Shown: positions 1-10,345, counted from the first letter of the stretch. The stretch is 64,000 bases of DNA from an uncultured Pelagibacteraceae bacterium (GCA_902517885.1 CABYDZ010000001.1:132158-196157), one strand, 5' to 3'. Notes: generated by a model not told the origin, from the letters alone. Numbers and translations: made by a program.

Positions 1-581
1 GTTCAAATTATTCTATTATTCCTGATCGTATCGAGGCTGTTACTTATATCATAGCTGGAGCATTAGCAGGAGATGGACTTAAAATAGAAAATTTAAACAT
101 TGAACACATTAGTAATGTTTTAGAGACTTTAAAGACATTACCAGTTGATATAATTTTTGACGAGAATAGTGTAACAGTAAATAAATCTAATATTAGTGAA
201 GGTATTGAAATTCAAACAAAGGAATATCCTGGTTTCCCAACAGACGTTCAAGCGCAAATGATGGTTTTAATGTCTATGGCTAAAACTAAGTCAGTCATAG
301 ACGAGAACATATTTGAAAACAGATTCATGCATGTACCTGAATTGAATAGAATGGGAGCAAATATCGAAATTAATGGAAAAAGAGCAATTATTAATCCTTG
401 CTCAGGATTTAGAGGAGCTCCAGTTATGGCAACTGATCTAAGAGCTTCTGTAAGTTTAATCTTAGCAGGATTAGCAGCTGATGGTGAAACAACCCTAAAT
501 CGCATCTATCACTTGGATAGAGGGTATGAACAAATTGAAGTAAAATTAGAAGCATGTGGAGCAGAGATTAAGCGGGTTTAA
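1..581 (+). CDS. murA: UDP-N-acetylglucosamine 1-carboxyvinyltransferase, C-terminal part (5' end outside the window)
   Basis: Frame 3 is open from the window edge. The translation contains IPDRIEAVTYIIAGALAG and the MurA hallmark YPGFPTDVQAQMMVLM, and ends ...HLDRGYEQIEVKLEACGAEIKRV*. Confidence 0.92.
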   Translation, partial: SNYSIIPDRIEAVTYIIAGALAGDGLKIENLNIEHISNVLETLKTLPVDIIFDENSVTVNKSNISEGIEIQTKEYPGFPTDVQAQMMVLMSMAKTKSVIDENIFENRFMHVPELNRMGANIEINGKRAIINPCSGFRGAPVMATDLRASVSLILAGLAADGETTLNRIYHLDRGYEQIEVKLEACGAEIKRV

Positions 582-586
582 AAAAT

Positions 587-1000
587 ATGAATTTGAATGC
601 AATCGATACTGATGAATTAAAAATTATTGGGACAATATTGCAGGACGGACTCATTGAAGTAAGTGATATAAAATACCTGCCATCAATAAGATCATTTTTC
701 CTAATGATTACACGATTTATGTGGGAAGAAAAAATCGTAAATAAAGTCAATCAGCGTATTAAGGCTGTTCTGTGCTTTGAGGATGTCATATCAGTTTACT
801 CAAAAAATATCGATCAATTGAACAAATCAAAGAAATTAGAACTTTTGACTTTTAACTATTATCCCAATAAATCAAAAAATATTGAAATTGAATTGCTTTT
901 CAAAAATGATGCAATTATAAAACTCGAAACTGAAATCATTCGGTGCAAATTAGATGATCAAGGAAACCCTTGGAGTACAGAAGAACAAGTGAATGAATAA
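587..1000 (+). CDS. DUF2948-family protein (conserved alphaproteobacterial protein between murA and hisD)
   Basis: 137-aa ORF. The N-terminus LNAIDTDELKIIGTILQDGLIEVSDIKYLPSIRSFFLMITRFMWEE resembles the DUF2948 pattern. It sits in the murA-x-hisD position and overlaps the hisD start by 8 nt. Confidence 0.65.
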   Translation: MNLNAIDTDELKIIGTILQDGLIEVSDIKYLPSIRSFFLMITRFMWEEKIVNKVNQRIKAVLCFEDVISVYSKNIDQLNKSKKLELLTFNYYPNKSKNIEIELLFKNDAIIKLETEIIRCKLDDQGNPWSTEEQVNE

Positions 1001-2288
1001 AATAATTAATACAAGCAATTCAGGCTTTCCACAGGAATTTGAAAATTTAGTAAACACTAATAGGTCAGATGACAAAGATGTAAAGGATGTTGTAGTTAAA
1101 ATAATTAATGATGTAAGAACCAAAGGTGATGATGCTTTAATAGAATATACCAATCAACTTGATCGCAATGAACTTTCAAAATCAAACTTCATTTTAGATG
1201 AAACTGCAATCAACAATCAGACAGATGGATTACCTGAAAAGATTTGTAATGCTATTCAAACAGCAGCAGATCGAGTTAGGACATACCATGAAAAACAATT
1301 ACCACAGGATTTAAGTTTTAATGATGATCTAAAATCTACACTTGGATATATGTGGAAGCCTTTGGAAACAGCAGGGATTTATGTACCAGGTGGAACAGCA
1401 AGCTACCCTAGTACAGTTCTTATGAATGCAATACCGGCTATGGTTGCAGGTGTAAAAGACATAGTAATGGCTACACCATTAACTGACGGACAGATCAATC
1501 CATCAGTTTTATATGCCGCAAAAATTATTGGTATTAAAAAAATATATTGCATGGGTGGCTCTCAGGCAGTCGCGGCAATGGCATATGGAACTGAAAGCGT
1601 GGCACCTGTAAATAAAATCGTTGGACCTGGTAATATTTACGTGGCTGAAGCAAAACGGCAAGTCTCAGGATTTGTCGGAATTGATATGTTTGCAGGACCT
1701 TCTGAAATAGTTGTAATTTCTGACCAGAATAGTGATCCAAAAATTATTTCTGCTGATCTGATCGCCCAATGTGAACATGATAAAAGTGCTCAAAGCATTC
1801 TAATTACCACTGATCAGGCATTAGCTGAAGCGGTTGAAAAAGAAGTGCCTAGTCAATTAGAGTCTCTTCCAAGAAAAGAAATTGCGTCAGCAAGCTGGGA
1901 TTCAAATGGTAAAATTATCGTTGTACGTGATCTTAAGGAGGCTTTTGATATCTCAAACCAATTAGCCCCTGAACACCTCGAGCTTGCTATTGATAATGCA
2001 AGAGATTTTCTTAAATATATTGTTAATGCAGGCGCAGTATTCCTCGGTAGGAATACACCCGAAGCATTAGGTGACTATGTTGCTGGTCCAAGCCATGTAT
2101 TGCCTACATCAAGGAGTGCAAAATTTTCATCAGGACTGTCAGTATTTGATTTTCTAAAGAAAATATCGCTTGTTGAATTTACAAAAGAAGGTATTGAAGA
2201 AATTGGAAATAGTGCTATGACAATCGCTGATAATGAAGGTCTTGACGGACATTCAAGGTCAATAGAATATAGGCTTACAAAAAAATAA
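993..2288 (+). CDS. hisD: histidinol dehydrogenase
   Basis: 431 aa with typical HisD blocks: GIYVPGGTASYPSTVLMNAIPA, QCEHD, APEHLEL, GDYVAGPSHVLPT. Confidence 0.96.
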   Translation: MNKIINTSNSGFPQEFENLVNTNRSDDKDVKDVVVKIINDVRTKGDDALIEYTNQLDRNELSKSNFILDETAINNQTDGLPEKICNAIQTAADRVRTYHEKQLPQDLSFNDDLKSTLGYMWKPLETAGIYVPGGTASYPSTVLMNAIPAMVAGVKDIVMATPLTDGQINPSVLYAAKIIGIKKIYCMGGSQAVAAMAYGTESVAPVNKIVGPGNIYVAEAKRQVSGFVGIDMFAGPSEIVVISDQNSDPKIISADLIAQCEHDKSAQSILITTDQALAEAVEKEVPSQLESLPRKEIASASWDSNGKIIVVRDLKEAFDISNQLAPEHLELAIDNARDFLKYIVNAGAVFLGRNTPEALGDYVAGPSHVLPTSRSAKFSSGLSVFDFLKKISLVEFTKEGIEEIGNSAMTIADNEGLDGHSRSIEYRLTKK

Positions 2289-2291
2289 TTT

Positions 2292-2510
2292 ATGTCAAAA
2301 GAAGAGATTTTAGAATTTAAAGGTAAAGTTACTGATATACTTCCAAATGCAATGTTTAAAGTTGCACTAGAAAATGGGCATGAAGTTCTGGCACATACAG
2401 CTGGTAGAATGAGAAAAAATAGAATTAGAGTCTTAGCAGGTGACGAAGTTCTTGTTCAGATCACACCTTATGACCTTACTAAAGGTAGAATAATCTTTAG
2501 ATATAAATAA
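2292..2510 (+). CDS. infA: translation initiation factor IF-1
   Basis: 72 aa. [72 protein letters not shown] is near-consensus IF-1. Confidence 0.98.
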   Translation: MSKEEILEFKGKVTDILPNAMFKVALENGHEVLAHTAGRMRKNRIRVLAGDEVLVQITPYDLTKGRIIFRYK

Positions 2511-2523
2511 CCAAGAGAATATA

Positions 2524-3096
2524 TTGAAATTTATTTTAGGCAGCTCATCTCCTAGAAGATTAGAATTGCTATCAATTCTTGGGATTAAACCCGATGAAAT
2601 AATCTCACCAAATATTGACGAGACGATCAACAAAAAGGAATTGCCCTTAGATTACTGTAAACGGATAGCTACTCAAAAGATGAAGCACTTTGATGGGAAG
2701 CATGAAAATACTGTGATTCTTACGGCAGATACTATTGCCTATAGTGGAAGAAGAATAATTGATAAAACAAATGATGAAGTTACTGCTAGGAAAAATCTCA
2801 ATAAATTATCGGGTCGAAGACATCGCGTTTCAACCGTATTGTGCCTACGAGATACTAAGAATAAAGTTATAAGTAGGAGTGTCACAACTACAGTGAATTT
2901 TAAACTACTTAATAAAAAAGATATTGATAATTACATCAAAACAAATGAATGGAAAAATGTTGCAGGATCATACAAAATTCAGGGCTTTGCTGAAGTTTTT
3001 ATCAAGTCAATAAACGGTTCGTATTCAAATGTAGTTGGACTACCATTGTTTCAAACTAATAACTTATTGGGTTCGGTTGGTTTTATTAAATCATGA
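2524..3096 (+). CDS. maf: Maf-family nucleoside triphosphate pyrophosphatase
   Basis: 190 aa with a TTG start. It has LGSSSPRR.ELL, ADT, the GAY.IQG-like motif GSYKIQG, and NVVGLP. The infA-maf synteny also fits. Confidence 0.88.
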   Translation: MKFILGSSSPRRLELLSILGIKPDEIISPNIDETINKKELPLDYCKRIATQKMKHFDGKHENTVILTADTIAYSGRRIIDKTNDEVTARKNLNKLSGRRHRVSTVLCLRDTKNKVISRSVTTTVNFKLLNKKDIDNYIKTNEWKNVAGSYKIQGFAEVFIKSINGSYSNVVGLPLFQTNNLLGSVGFIKS

Positions 3097-3449
3097 GAGA
3101 ATTAATTTTTATTTACAATGCAAAAAGTGGCATTTTCAATGCCCTCATAGATTGGGGTCATAAAATAATTTCACCAAGTACGTATGAATGTCATTTGTGC
3201 TCTATCACGTATAACAATCGAGGTAAGGAAAAGATTTGGGGCAATTATCTTAAGTCGCTAAAAATAAATAGCAGATTTTATTACATTGACCATCTCAAAG
3301 ACTTAGAGTTTGTACCTAAGCAAATTAATCTACCATGCGTTTATATTAAAAATGACGATAATTATCAGCTTATGATTGATGCTGACGAATTAAATTCATT
3401 AAAAAGTGTGAGGGATTTGATAAGCAGATTAAATGAAAAGCTTAATTAA
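3093..3449 (+). CDS. conserved hypothetical protein with a C-x-L-C motif
   Basis: 118-aa ORF joined to maf by an ATGA stop/start overlap. The N-terminus is IFIYNAKSGIFNALIDWGHKIISPSTYECHLCSITY. I recognise the general pattern from uncharacterised proteins but cannot assign a function. Confidence 0.55.
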   Translation: MRELIFIYNAKSGIFNALIDWGHKIISPSTYECHLCSITYNNRGKEKIWGNYLKSLKINSRFYYIDHLKDLEFVPKQINLPCVYIKNDDNYQLMIDADELNSLKSVRDLISRLNEKLN

Positions 3450-3518
3450 TTAGCAATAAGAATATTTTCTTTGCACGAATACTTCTTATAGAATAAAAGA
3501 CTTACATTACTAACGTGA

Positions 3519-3594
3519 GGCTCGATAGCTCAGTTGGTAGAGCAAAGGACTGAAAATCCTTGTGTCGGTGGTTCAAATCCACCTCGAGCCACCA
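3519..3594 (+). tRNA. tRNA-Phe (anticodon GAA), CCA encoded
   Basis: A cloverleaf can be drawn by hand: acceptor GGCTCGA/TCGAGCC, D arm GCTC-AGTTGGTA-GAGC, anticodon arm AAGGA-CTGAAAA-TCCTT, T arm GGTGG-TTCAAAT-CCACC, then A73 and CCA. Confidence 0.95.
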
Positions 3595-3599
3595 TTTAT

Positions 3600-3676
3600 G
3601 CAGCTGTAGCTCAGTTGGTTAGAGCGCCTGGTTGTGGACCAGGAGGTCGGTAGTTCAAGTCTACCCAGCTGTACCA
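3600..3676 (+). tRNA. tRNA-His (anticodon GTG), no encoded G-1, G1:U72 and A73, CCA encoded
   Basis: Acceptor GCAGCTG/CAGCTGT, TA at positions 8-9, D arm GCTC-AGTTGGTTA-GAGC, anticodon arm CCTGG-TTGTGGA-CCAGG, T arm GGTAG-TTCAAGT-CTACC, then A and CCA. The base at -1 (3599) is T. Confidence 0.93.
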
Positions 3677-4860
3677 ACTAATGATTTTTTTACGGGAAGA
3701 GTGAGTACGATCAAAAAGAGTATGATCATTACAATTCCGAAGATTAAATAAAGAAACCCAAACTCACCGCTTATTTCATAGCTTCTAGAAATTAAGATTA
3801 GTGCTATTGGGCCAACAGAAAATGAAACAATAAATTTTATACCGTATACAAGACTTTGATATTTTTCTGGCGAGAATTTAGCCAGTAATAAATTTTCTGC
3901 TGGAAGTATACTTGAATTAAAAGCAACAATCATGAGACTGATAACGATTAACCAATAATTTGATAGACTAACAATGAATAAAAGAAGTGCGCCTTGTCCG
4001 ATGATCCCAATAGCATAAATTACTTTTTCGGAATATTTATCTGTTAAAATACCCCCTATGTAGTTCATTAGACCACTTACAACGTATATGGCGGCTACAA
4101 TATATCCAATCTCAGACGTAGAGAGGTTTAAGCTGTTTGATAGTCTGATATCAATTGCTTTAGGCAAACTTGTTTGAAGAATTTGATATACAAAACTCAA
4201 ACATGTAATACTTACAAGCATTATAATCACAATTTTTAGCATTTGATTTTTTTCTGGATTATCTCGAAATTGTTCTGATTTAATATTAGTCAATGAAATT
4301 TTTCCTGATTTCAAATGATATGAGAGACATAAGCCTGTTAGAATAGAAATTATTCCAGGGAATATAAACGCAGCTTGCCAATTAATCTGATCAATTAAAA
4401 TACCAGCAAAAAAAGCTCCCAATCCAATTCCTACGCCTCCAAATATATTATTGAATCCAAGTGCACGTCCTGTTTCTTTTGATGTATTAACTATCCATGA
4501 TATTCCAGCAGGGTGATATATTGAGCAAAATAAGCCAAGCAAGGATAGACTAATAAAAAGAGATAATTTATTCCCACTCAGACCACAAAGAACTGAACTA
4601 ATGCCTAGACCCAAAAACATTATTGCAATCATTCCTGAACGGCTCCATCGATCACTAATCCATCCGGCTGGTAAAGATCCTATGCCAACAAGAAGAGACC
4701 CAAGAAACCATAGATTTAAAAGCTCGTCATATGAAAATTTCCACTCATCTTCAATTGCAAGAACAATTACAAAGTAAAATGCAGCAAACATGTGCATCAA
4801 TAGATGGCCAAGCGCAGCATAAATAACAGTTAATTTTCTACTGTTTTCAGTGGTAAGCAT
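3661..4860 (-). CDS. MFS transporter
   Basis: 399 aa and about 12 predicted hydrophobic helices. It has the MFS loop motif GWISDRWSRSG. Its 3' end overlaps the tRNA-His 3' end by 16 nt. Confidence 0.8.
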   Translation of the reverse strand: MLTTENSRKLTVIYAALGHLLMHMFAAFYFVIVLAIEDEWKFSYDELLNLWFLGSLLVGIGSLPAGWISDRWSRSGMIAIMFLGLGISSVLCGLSGNKLSLFISLSLLGLFCSIYHPAGISWIVNTSKETGRALGFNNIFGGVGIGLGAFFAGILIDQINWQAAFIFPGIISILTGLCLSYHLKSGKISLTNIKSEQFRDNPEKNQMLKIVIIMLVSITCLSFVYQILQTSLPKAIDIRLSNSLNLSTSEIGYIVAAIYVVSGLMNYIGGILTDKYSEKVIYAIGIIGQGALLLFIVSLSNYWLIVISLMIVAFNSSILPAENLLLAKFSPEKYQSLVYGIKFIVSFSVGPIALILISRSYEISGEFGFLYLIFGIVMIILFLIVLTLPVKKSLVGTAG

Positions 4861-4948
4861 TTAATAAAAATAGAGTATTTCGGCTTCACTTAATAATAAA
4901 AATTATAAAAATTTGACTTTTTTGAATAAATAAGGCATTTCACTGTTC

Positions 4949-5012
4949 ATGATTGTTAATACACATCATCATATTCATATCTAAGTTTGCTGAACAAAAA
5001 GCGTCAGCGAAC
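4949..5012 (+). promoter_or_regulatory. candidate His-rich leader mini-ORF (MIVNTHHHIHI*) plus adjacent hairpin, upstream of hisS-hisZ-hisG
   Basis: The mini-ORF reads ATG ATT GTT AAT ACA CAT CAT CAT ATT CAT ATC TAA (4949-4984). It is followed directly by the hairpin GTTTGCTGA(4985-4993)/TCAGCGAAC(5004-5012). It lies in a 214-nt gap that is unusually long for this window. Confidence 0.4.
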
Positions 5013-5074
5013 AACAACCCCTTTTTATATTAAATAAACTAACTTTGTAGTATCGTACTAACGATTGGAATCGT

Positions 5075-6466
5075 ATGACTAAGAATAACAATAAACCCAA
5101 GGCTATTTTACCTAGAGGGTTTAAAGACAGTGAGAAACAACTCCTGACTCTCAGAAAAATAGTTACTGAGGTAATAGAGGAAGAGTGTCAAAAATTTGGA
5201 TTTGTTGAATTAGAAACTTCATCCATTGAATACACCGATAGTCTGGGCAAGTTTTTGCCTGATATAGATCGACCAAGTGGAGGAGTTTTTTCGTTACAAG
5301 ATGAAGATGGTCAATGGCTATCATTACGCTATGACCTTACAGCTCCTTTAGCACGATATGTTGCTCAGAATTATCAAAATTTAGTGAAGCCATTTAAAAG
5401 ATATCAATCCGGAATAGTATGGAGGAATGAAAAGCCAGGGCCTGGAAGATTCAGAGAATTCTTACAATTTGATGCAGATGTTATCGGAATTCAATCAAAT
5501 CTAATCGATGCTGAGTTATGCGTCATGGTTGTAAATATTTTGAGAAGACTTGGTTTAAATGATTCTCAATTTAAAATTAAATATTCAAATAGAAAAATAT
5601 GGACAAGCCTTTTTGAGAAAATAAAGGCTTCGAAAGAAGTTGAATCAAAAATTCTTAGAGCAGTAGATAAAAAGGATCGTCTAGGTGATGAAGGTGTTAA
5701 AGAGTTATTATGTGAGGGTAGGAAAGATAAATCTGGTGATTTTATGGAAGGTGTAGGTCTTGATAATGAACAAGCATCAATGATTTTAGACTTTATGAAC
5801 GACCAGAAGCAAACGAGTGATGATATTGATGAGTTTAACTCTTATTTAGAGAATTTTGCAGATTATCCAATTTCATTTGATCCATCCATTGTAAGAGGAT
5901 TGGATTACTATACAGGTATGATTTTTGAAGCCGAACTATTAATCGATGTAAAAAATACAAAAGGTGAAACTATAGTTTTTGGATCAGTGGCTGGAGGAGG
6001 AAGATATGACAAACTGATATCAAGATTTGGGAAAGAGGACGTTCCCGCTACTGGCATTTCTGTTGGTGTTGACAGGCTTATTGTCGCTCTAGAGCAGTTG
6101 GATCTCATTAAAGCCAAATCGAGACCTTTAGTAATTGTAGCAAATTTAGGAGATAATAATTTATCCGAGTATATTCGAATGGCATCTGAAATTAGAGATG
6201 CAGGCATGGCCTGCGAGATTTCTTTTGGCTCAAAAAACTTAGCAAAGCAACTTAAATATTGCGATCGCAAGCAAGCTGATGCAGTTGTAATTGCAGGTGA
6301 CGATGAAATTAAAAATAATAAAATATCACTTAAAGATTTAAAAGAGGGAAGTGAGATTTCAAAAAATATAACTGGACGTGAAGAATGGAAAGAAACTAAA
6401 GCAGGTCAAAGAGAAGTAATTAGAGAGGATTTAGTAAGCACTCTAAAGGAAATACTAAAAATTTGA
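5075..6466 (+). CDS. hisS: histidine--tRNA ligase
   Basis: 463 aa. Class II motifs are present: LRYDLTAPLARY, FRNEKPGPGRFREFLQFDADVIG, GGGRYD. A C-terminal anticodon-binding domain follows. Confidence 0.95.
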   Translation: MTKNNNKPKAILPRGFKDSEKQLLTLRKIVTEVIEEECQKFGFVELETSSIEYTDSLGKFLPDIDRPSGGVFSLQDEDGQWLSLRYDLTAPLARYVAQNYQNLVKPFKRYQSGIVWRNEKPGPGRFREFLQFDADVIGIQSNLIDAELCVMVVNILRRLGLNDSQFKIKYSNRKIWTSLFEKIKASKEVESKILRAVDKKDRLGDEGVKELLCEGRKDKSGDFMEGVGLDNEQASMILDFMNDQKQTSDDIDEFNSYLENFADYPISFDPSIVRGLDYYTGMIFEAELLIDVKNTKGETIVFGSVAGGGRYDKLISRFGKEDVPATGISVGVDRLIVALEQLDLIKAKSRPLVIVANLGDNNLSEYIRMASEIRDAGMACEISFGSKNLAKQLKYCDRKQADAVVIAGDDEIKNNKISLKDLKEGSEISKNITGREEWKETKAGQREVIREDLVSTLKEILKI

Positions 6467-6469
6467 GCT

Positions 6470-7597
6470 ATGTCACTACAGGAATTAAATATTAGATTAA
6501 AAGATTATTTTATTGAGTTAGGATTTCAATATGTAGAGCTTCCTTTAGTTCATGATTCTGACATTTTTTATGAAACATCGGGAGAAGAAATCAGAAGTCA
6601 GATGTATTCTTTTATAGACGGTTCAGGGAAGGAAAAATGTCTGAGACCAGATATGACGATCCCTACGTGTCAAAGTTTTATTAAAAGTGATGTTAAAATA
6701 AATGAAGCTAATTTATGCTATAGTGGACCAGTATTTAGGTCAACCAGTGGAATAAATGATACATCAATTGAATTAAACCAATCAGGGGTTGAAATTATTT
6801 TTACAGAAAAAAAGCTAAAAACTATTTATGAAAAAGATATATATACGCTCAAAACGGCAGTCAAAATTCTAGAAAAATTAAATATTAATGAATACCAAAT
6901 TAAAATAGGCAGTCTAAACCTCTTTAATAGTTTTATAAGTTATTTAGATTTACCGATCAGATGGAAACAAAGAATTGTCAGGCATTTTTTTAGAAGGAAA
7001 TACTTTGATAGTTTGTTAAATCGATTAGGGAAAGGTGTCGGTTATGACGTTTTGAAAAAAGATAAAATTATCAATGAAAAACTAGGTTTGAATGCCAATT
7101 CAAGTGGAAATTTGGTTGATCTAATTAATTCTAATAGCAATTCTGGTTCAGGCTCAAGGACAGTTGAAGAAATCGTCAAACGATTTCAGGAGAAAAGTGA
7201 AAACATCGTCTCTGAAAGCAATGGAAAACAAATTGTAAATCTGATTAAAAATTTTTTAGGTTTAAACGCTTCTCTTGATACTTTTCCAAATATTTTAAGC
7301 GAGTTTGTAAGCGATCAAAAGCTCGATTTTTTTAAAAAAGAGATTGATGGCATTGAAGAATTCAGGAACGCTGTCTCATTTGAAATGGATATATCTAAAA
7401 TTAATTTTAACAATGACTTTGGACATTCAATTGAATTTTATGATGGCGTTATGTTCGAAATCTATGATCAATCAGGCAATTTAAAGTTAATAACTGGTGG
7501 AAGATACGATAAGTTACTTAATATTTTAGGGTCCAGAGATAACCTGTCAGCTATAGGGTTTGCAACAAATAATAATAATCTAAGTAAAATTATATAG
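6470..7597 (+). CDS. hisZ: ATP phosphoribosyltransferase regulatory subunit (HisRS paralogue)
   Basis: 375 aa with a HisRS-like catalytic core (LRPDMTIPT, GGRYDKLL) and no anticodon-binding domain. It sits between hisS and a short-form hisG. Confidence 0.85.
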   Translation: MSLQELNIRLKDYFIELGFQYVELPLVHDSDIFYETSGEEIRSQMYSFIDGSGKEKCLRPDMTIPTCQSFIKSDVKINEANLCYSGPVFRSTSGINDTSIELNQSGVEIIFTEKKLKTIYEKDIYTLKTAVKILEKLNINEYQIKIGSLNLFNSFISYLDLPIRWKQRIVRHFFRRKYFDSLLNRLGKGVGYDVLKKDKIINEKLGLNANSSGNLVDLINSNSNSGSGSRTVEEIVKRFQEKSENIVSESNGKQIVNLIKNFLGLNASLDTFPNILSEFVSDQKLDFFKKEIDGIEEFRNAVSFEMDISKINFNNDFGHSIEFYDGVMFEIYDQSGNLKLITGGRYDKLLNILGSRDNLSAIGFATNNNNLSKII

Positions 7598-7599
7598 TC

Positions 7600-8301
7600 A
7601 TGAAATTCGAAAATAAATTAAGGATAGGATTACCTAGCAAAGGCAGATTAAGAAAAGACATGGAGAAACTATTTCTAGATAAAAATATTACTTTTGAAAA
7701 TCTTGTAAATGATAGAGATTATATTGGTACAATAAAGGGACTAAGAGATACAGTTCTATATTTTTTAAGCGCTAAAGAAATTACCAATAGACTTGATGAG
7801 GGATCAATCCATGCAGGCTTAACTGGTGACGACCTCATACAAGAAAAAATTTTCAATTTTAATTCAAAAATAACAAAAGATCTGGAGTTAACTTTTGGAA
7901 AAGCGGATCTGGTTGTTGCTGTACCGGATATCTGGATTGATGTAATGACGATGGCTGATTTGGAAGAAGTGAGCAATAATCATAGAGATAAATATTCAAA
8001 AAGGTTGCGTGTAGCAACTAAATATAAGAATTTAACAAATAATTTCTTTTCTAAATGTGGAGTTGTTGATTATAGAACTGTTGAAAGTGATGGCTCTACT
8101 GAAAGCGCGCCTTTCAATGGTTTTTCAGAAATTATCACTGATATAACATCAACAGGTGAAACACTAAGGGCTAACAATTTAAGAGTTCTTGATGACGGCA
8201 TAATCCTGAAATCATCAGCAAATATCTTTTCTTCGAAAGTTGCGGAGTGGGATAACGAAATAGAAAGTAATTATAAAAATTTTATTAATAAGTTTGAATA
8301 A
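7600..8301 (+). CDS. hisG: ATP phosphoribosyltransferase, short form
   Basis: 233 aa with LRIGLPSKGRL, the TGDDL-type region and DITSTGETLRANNL. The short length fits HisZ dependence. Confidence 0.93.
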   Translation: MKFENKLRIGLPSKGRLRKDMEKLFLDKNITFENLVNDRDYIGTIKGLRDTVLYFLSAKEITNRLDEGSIHAGLTGDDLIQEKIFNFNSKITKDLELTFGKADLVVAVPDIWIDVMTMADLEEVSNNHRDKYSKRLRVATKYKNLTNNFFSKCGVVDYRTVESDGSTESAPFNGFSEIITDITSTGETLRANNLRVLDDGIILKSSANIFSSKVAEWDNEIESNYKNFINKFE

Positions 8302-8330
8302 AAAAAACCCGGCTAGGCCGGGTTTTTTTT
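8301..8330. terminator. bidirectional rho-independent terminator between hisG (+) and groEL (-)
   Basis: AAAAAAA-CCCGGC-TAG-GCCGGG-TTTTTTTT. This is a perfect GC-rich 6-bp stem flanked by an A-run and a T-run, lying between convergent genes. Confidence 0.88.
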
Positions 8331-8350
8331 GAGTTTATCGTGAACGATTA

Positions 8351-10003
<1,653 letters not shown>

Positions 10004-10024
10004 TTATTCTCCTTGATTTAAGAT

Positions 10025-10345
10025 TTATTTTTTCTTTTTTGATTTTGATTTTGATTTTTTTTCAATGACACCCATGATGTCAGACTCTTTCATGATACAT
10101 AGCTCTTCCCCATCAACTTTGACTTCAGTGCCAGACCATTTTCCAAATAGAACAATATCTCCGGCTTTTAAATCTAATGGTGTAACTTTTCCATCTTCAG
10201 ATTTTGTTCCTGACCCAACAGCAACAATTTGTCCTTCTTGAGGTTTTTCTTGAGCTGTATCAGGAATGATAATCCCTCCAGCAGTTTTTTCTTCAGTGTC
10301 TAATCTCCTTACGAGAACACGATCATGTAAAGGTCGAAAATCCAT
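10025..10345 (-). CDS. groES: co-chaperonin GroES with a Lys/Ser-rich C-terminal tail
   Basis: 106 aa: [12 protein letters not shown]...[25 protein letters not shown]. It ends with an extra [12 protein letters not shown]. Confidence 0.97.
   Translation of the reverse strand: MDFRPLHDRVLVRRLDTEEKTAGGIIIPDTAQEKPQEGQIVAVGSGTKSEDGKVTPLDLKAGDIVLFGKWSGTEVKVDGEELCIMKESDIMGVIEKKSKSKSKKKK

Noticed and set aside
3466-3499. Possible promoter for the tRNA-Phe/tRNA-His pair (TTGCAC-N17-TAAAAG or TTTCTT-N17-TAGAAT)
   Set aside because: Both readings have a weak hexamer. In AT-rich DNA such matches occur by chance, so I did not report it as a feature.
5013-5030. CCCCTTTTT after the leader hairpin, considered as an intrinsic terminator
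   Set aside because: The T-run is separated from the 4985-5012 stem by 9 nt and has no G-rich partner for the C-run. It is not a canonical terminator, so the attenuation mechanism, if any, remains undefined.
7130-7160. Low-complexity NSNSNSGSGS run inside hisZ
   Set aside because: It is an in-frame linker-like insertion in a variable region of HisZ. There is no evidence of a frameshift or a mobile insertion.
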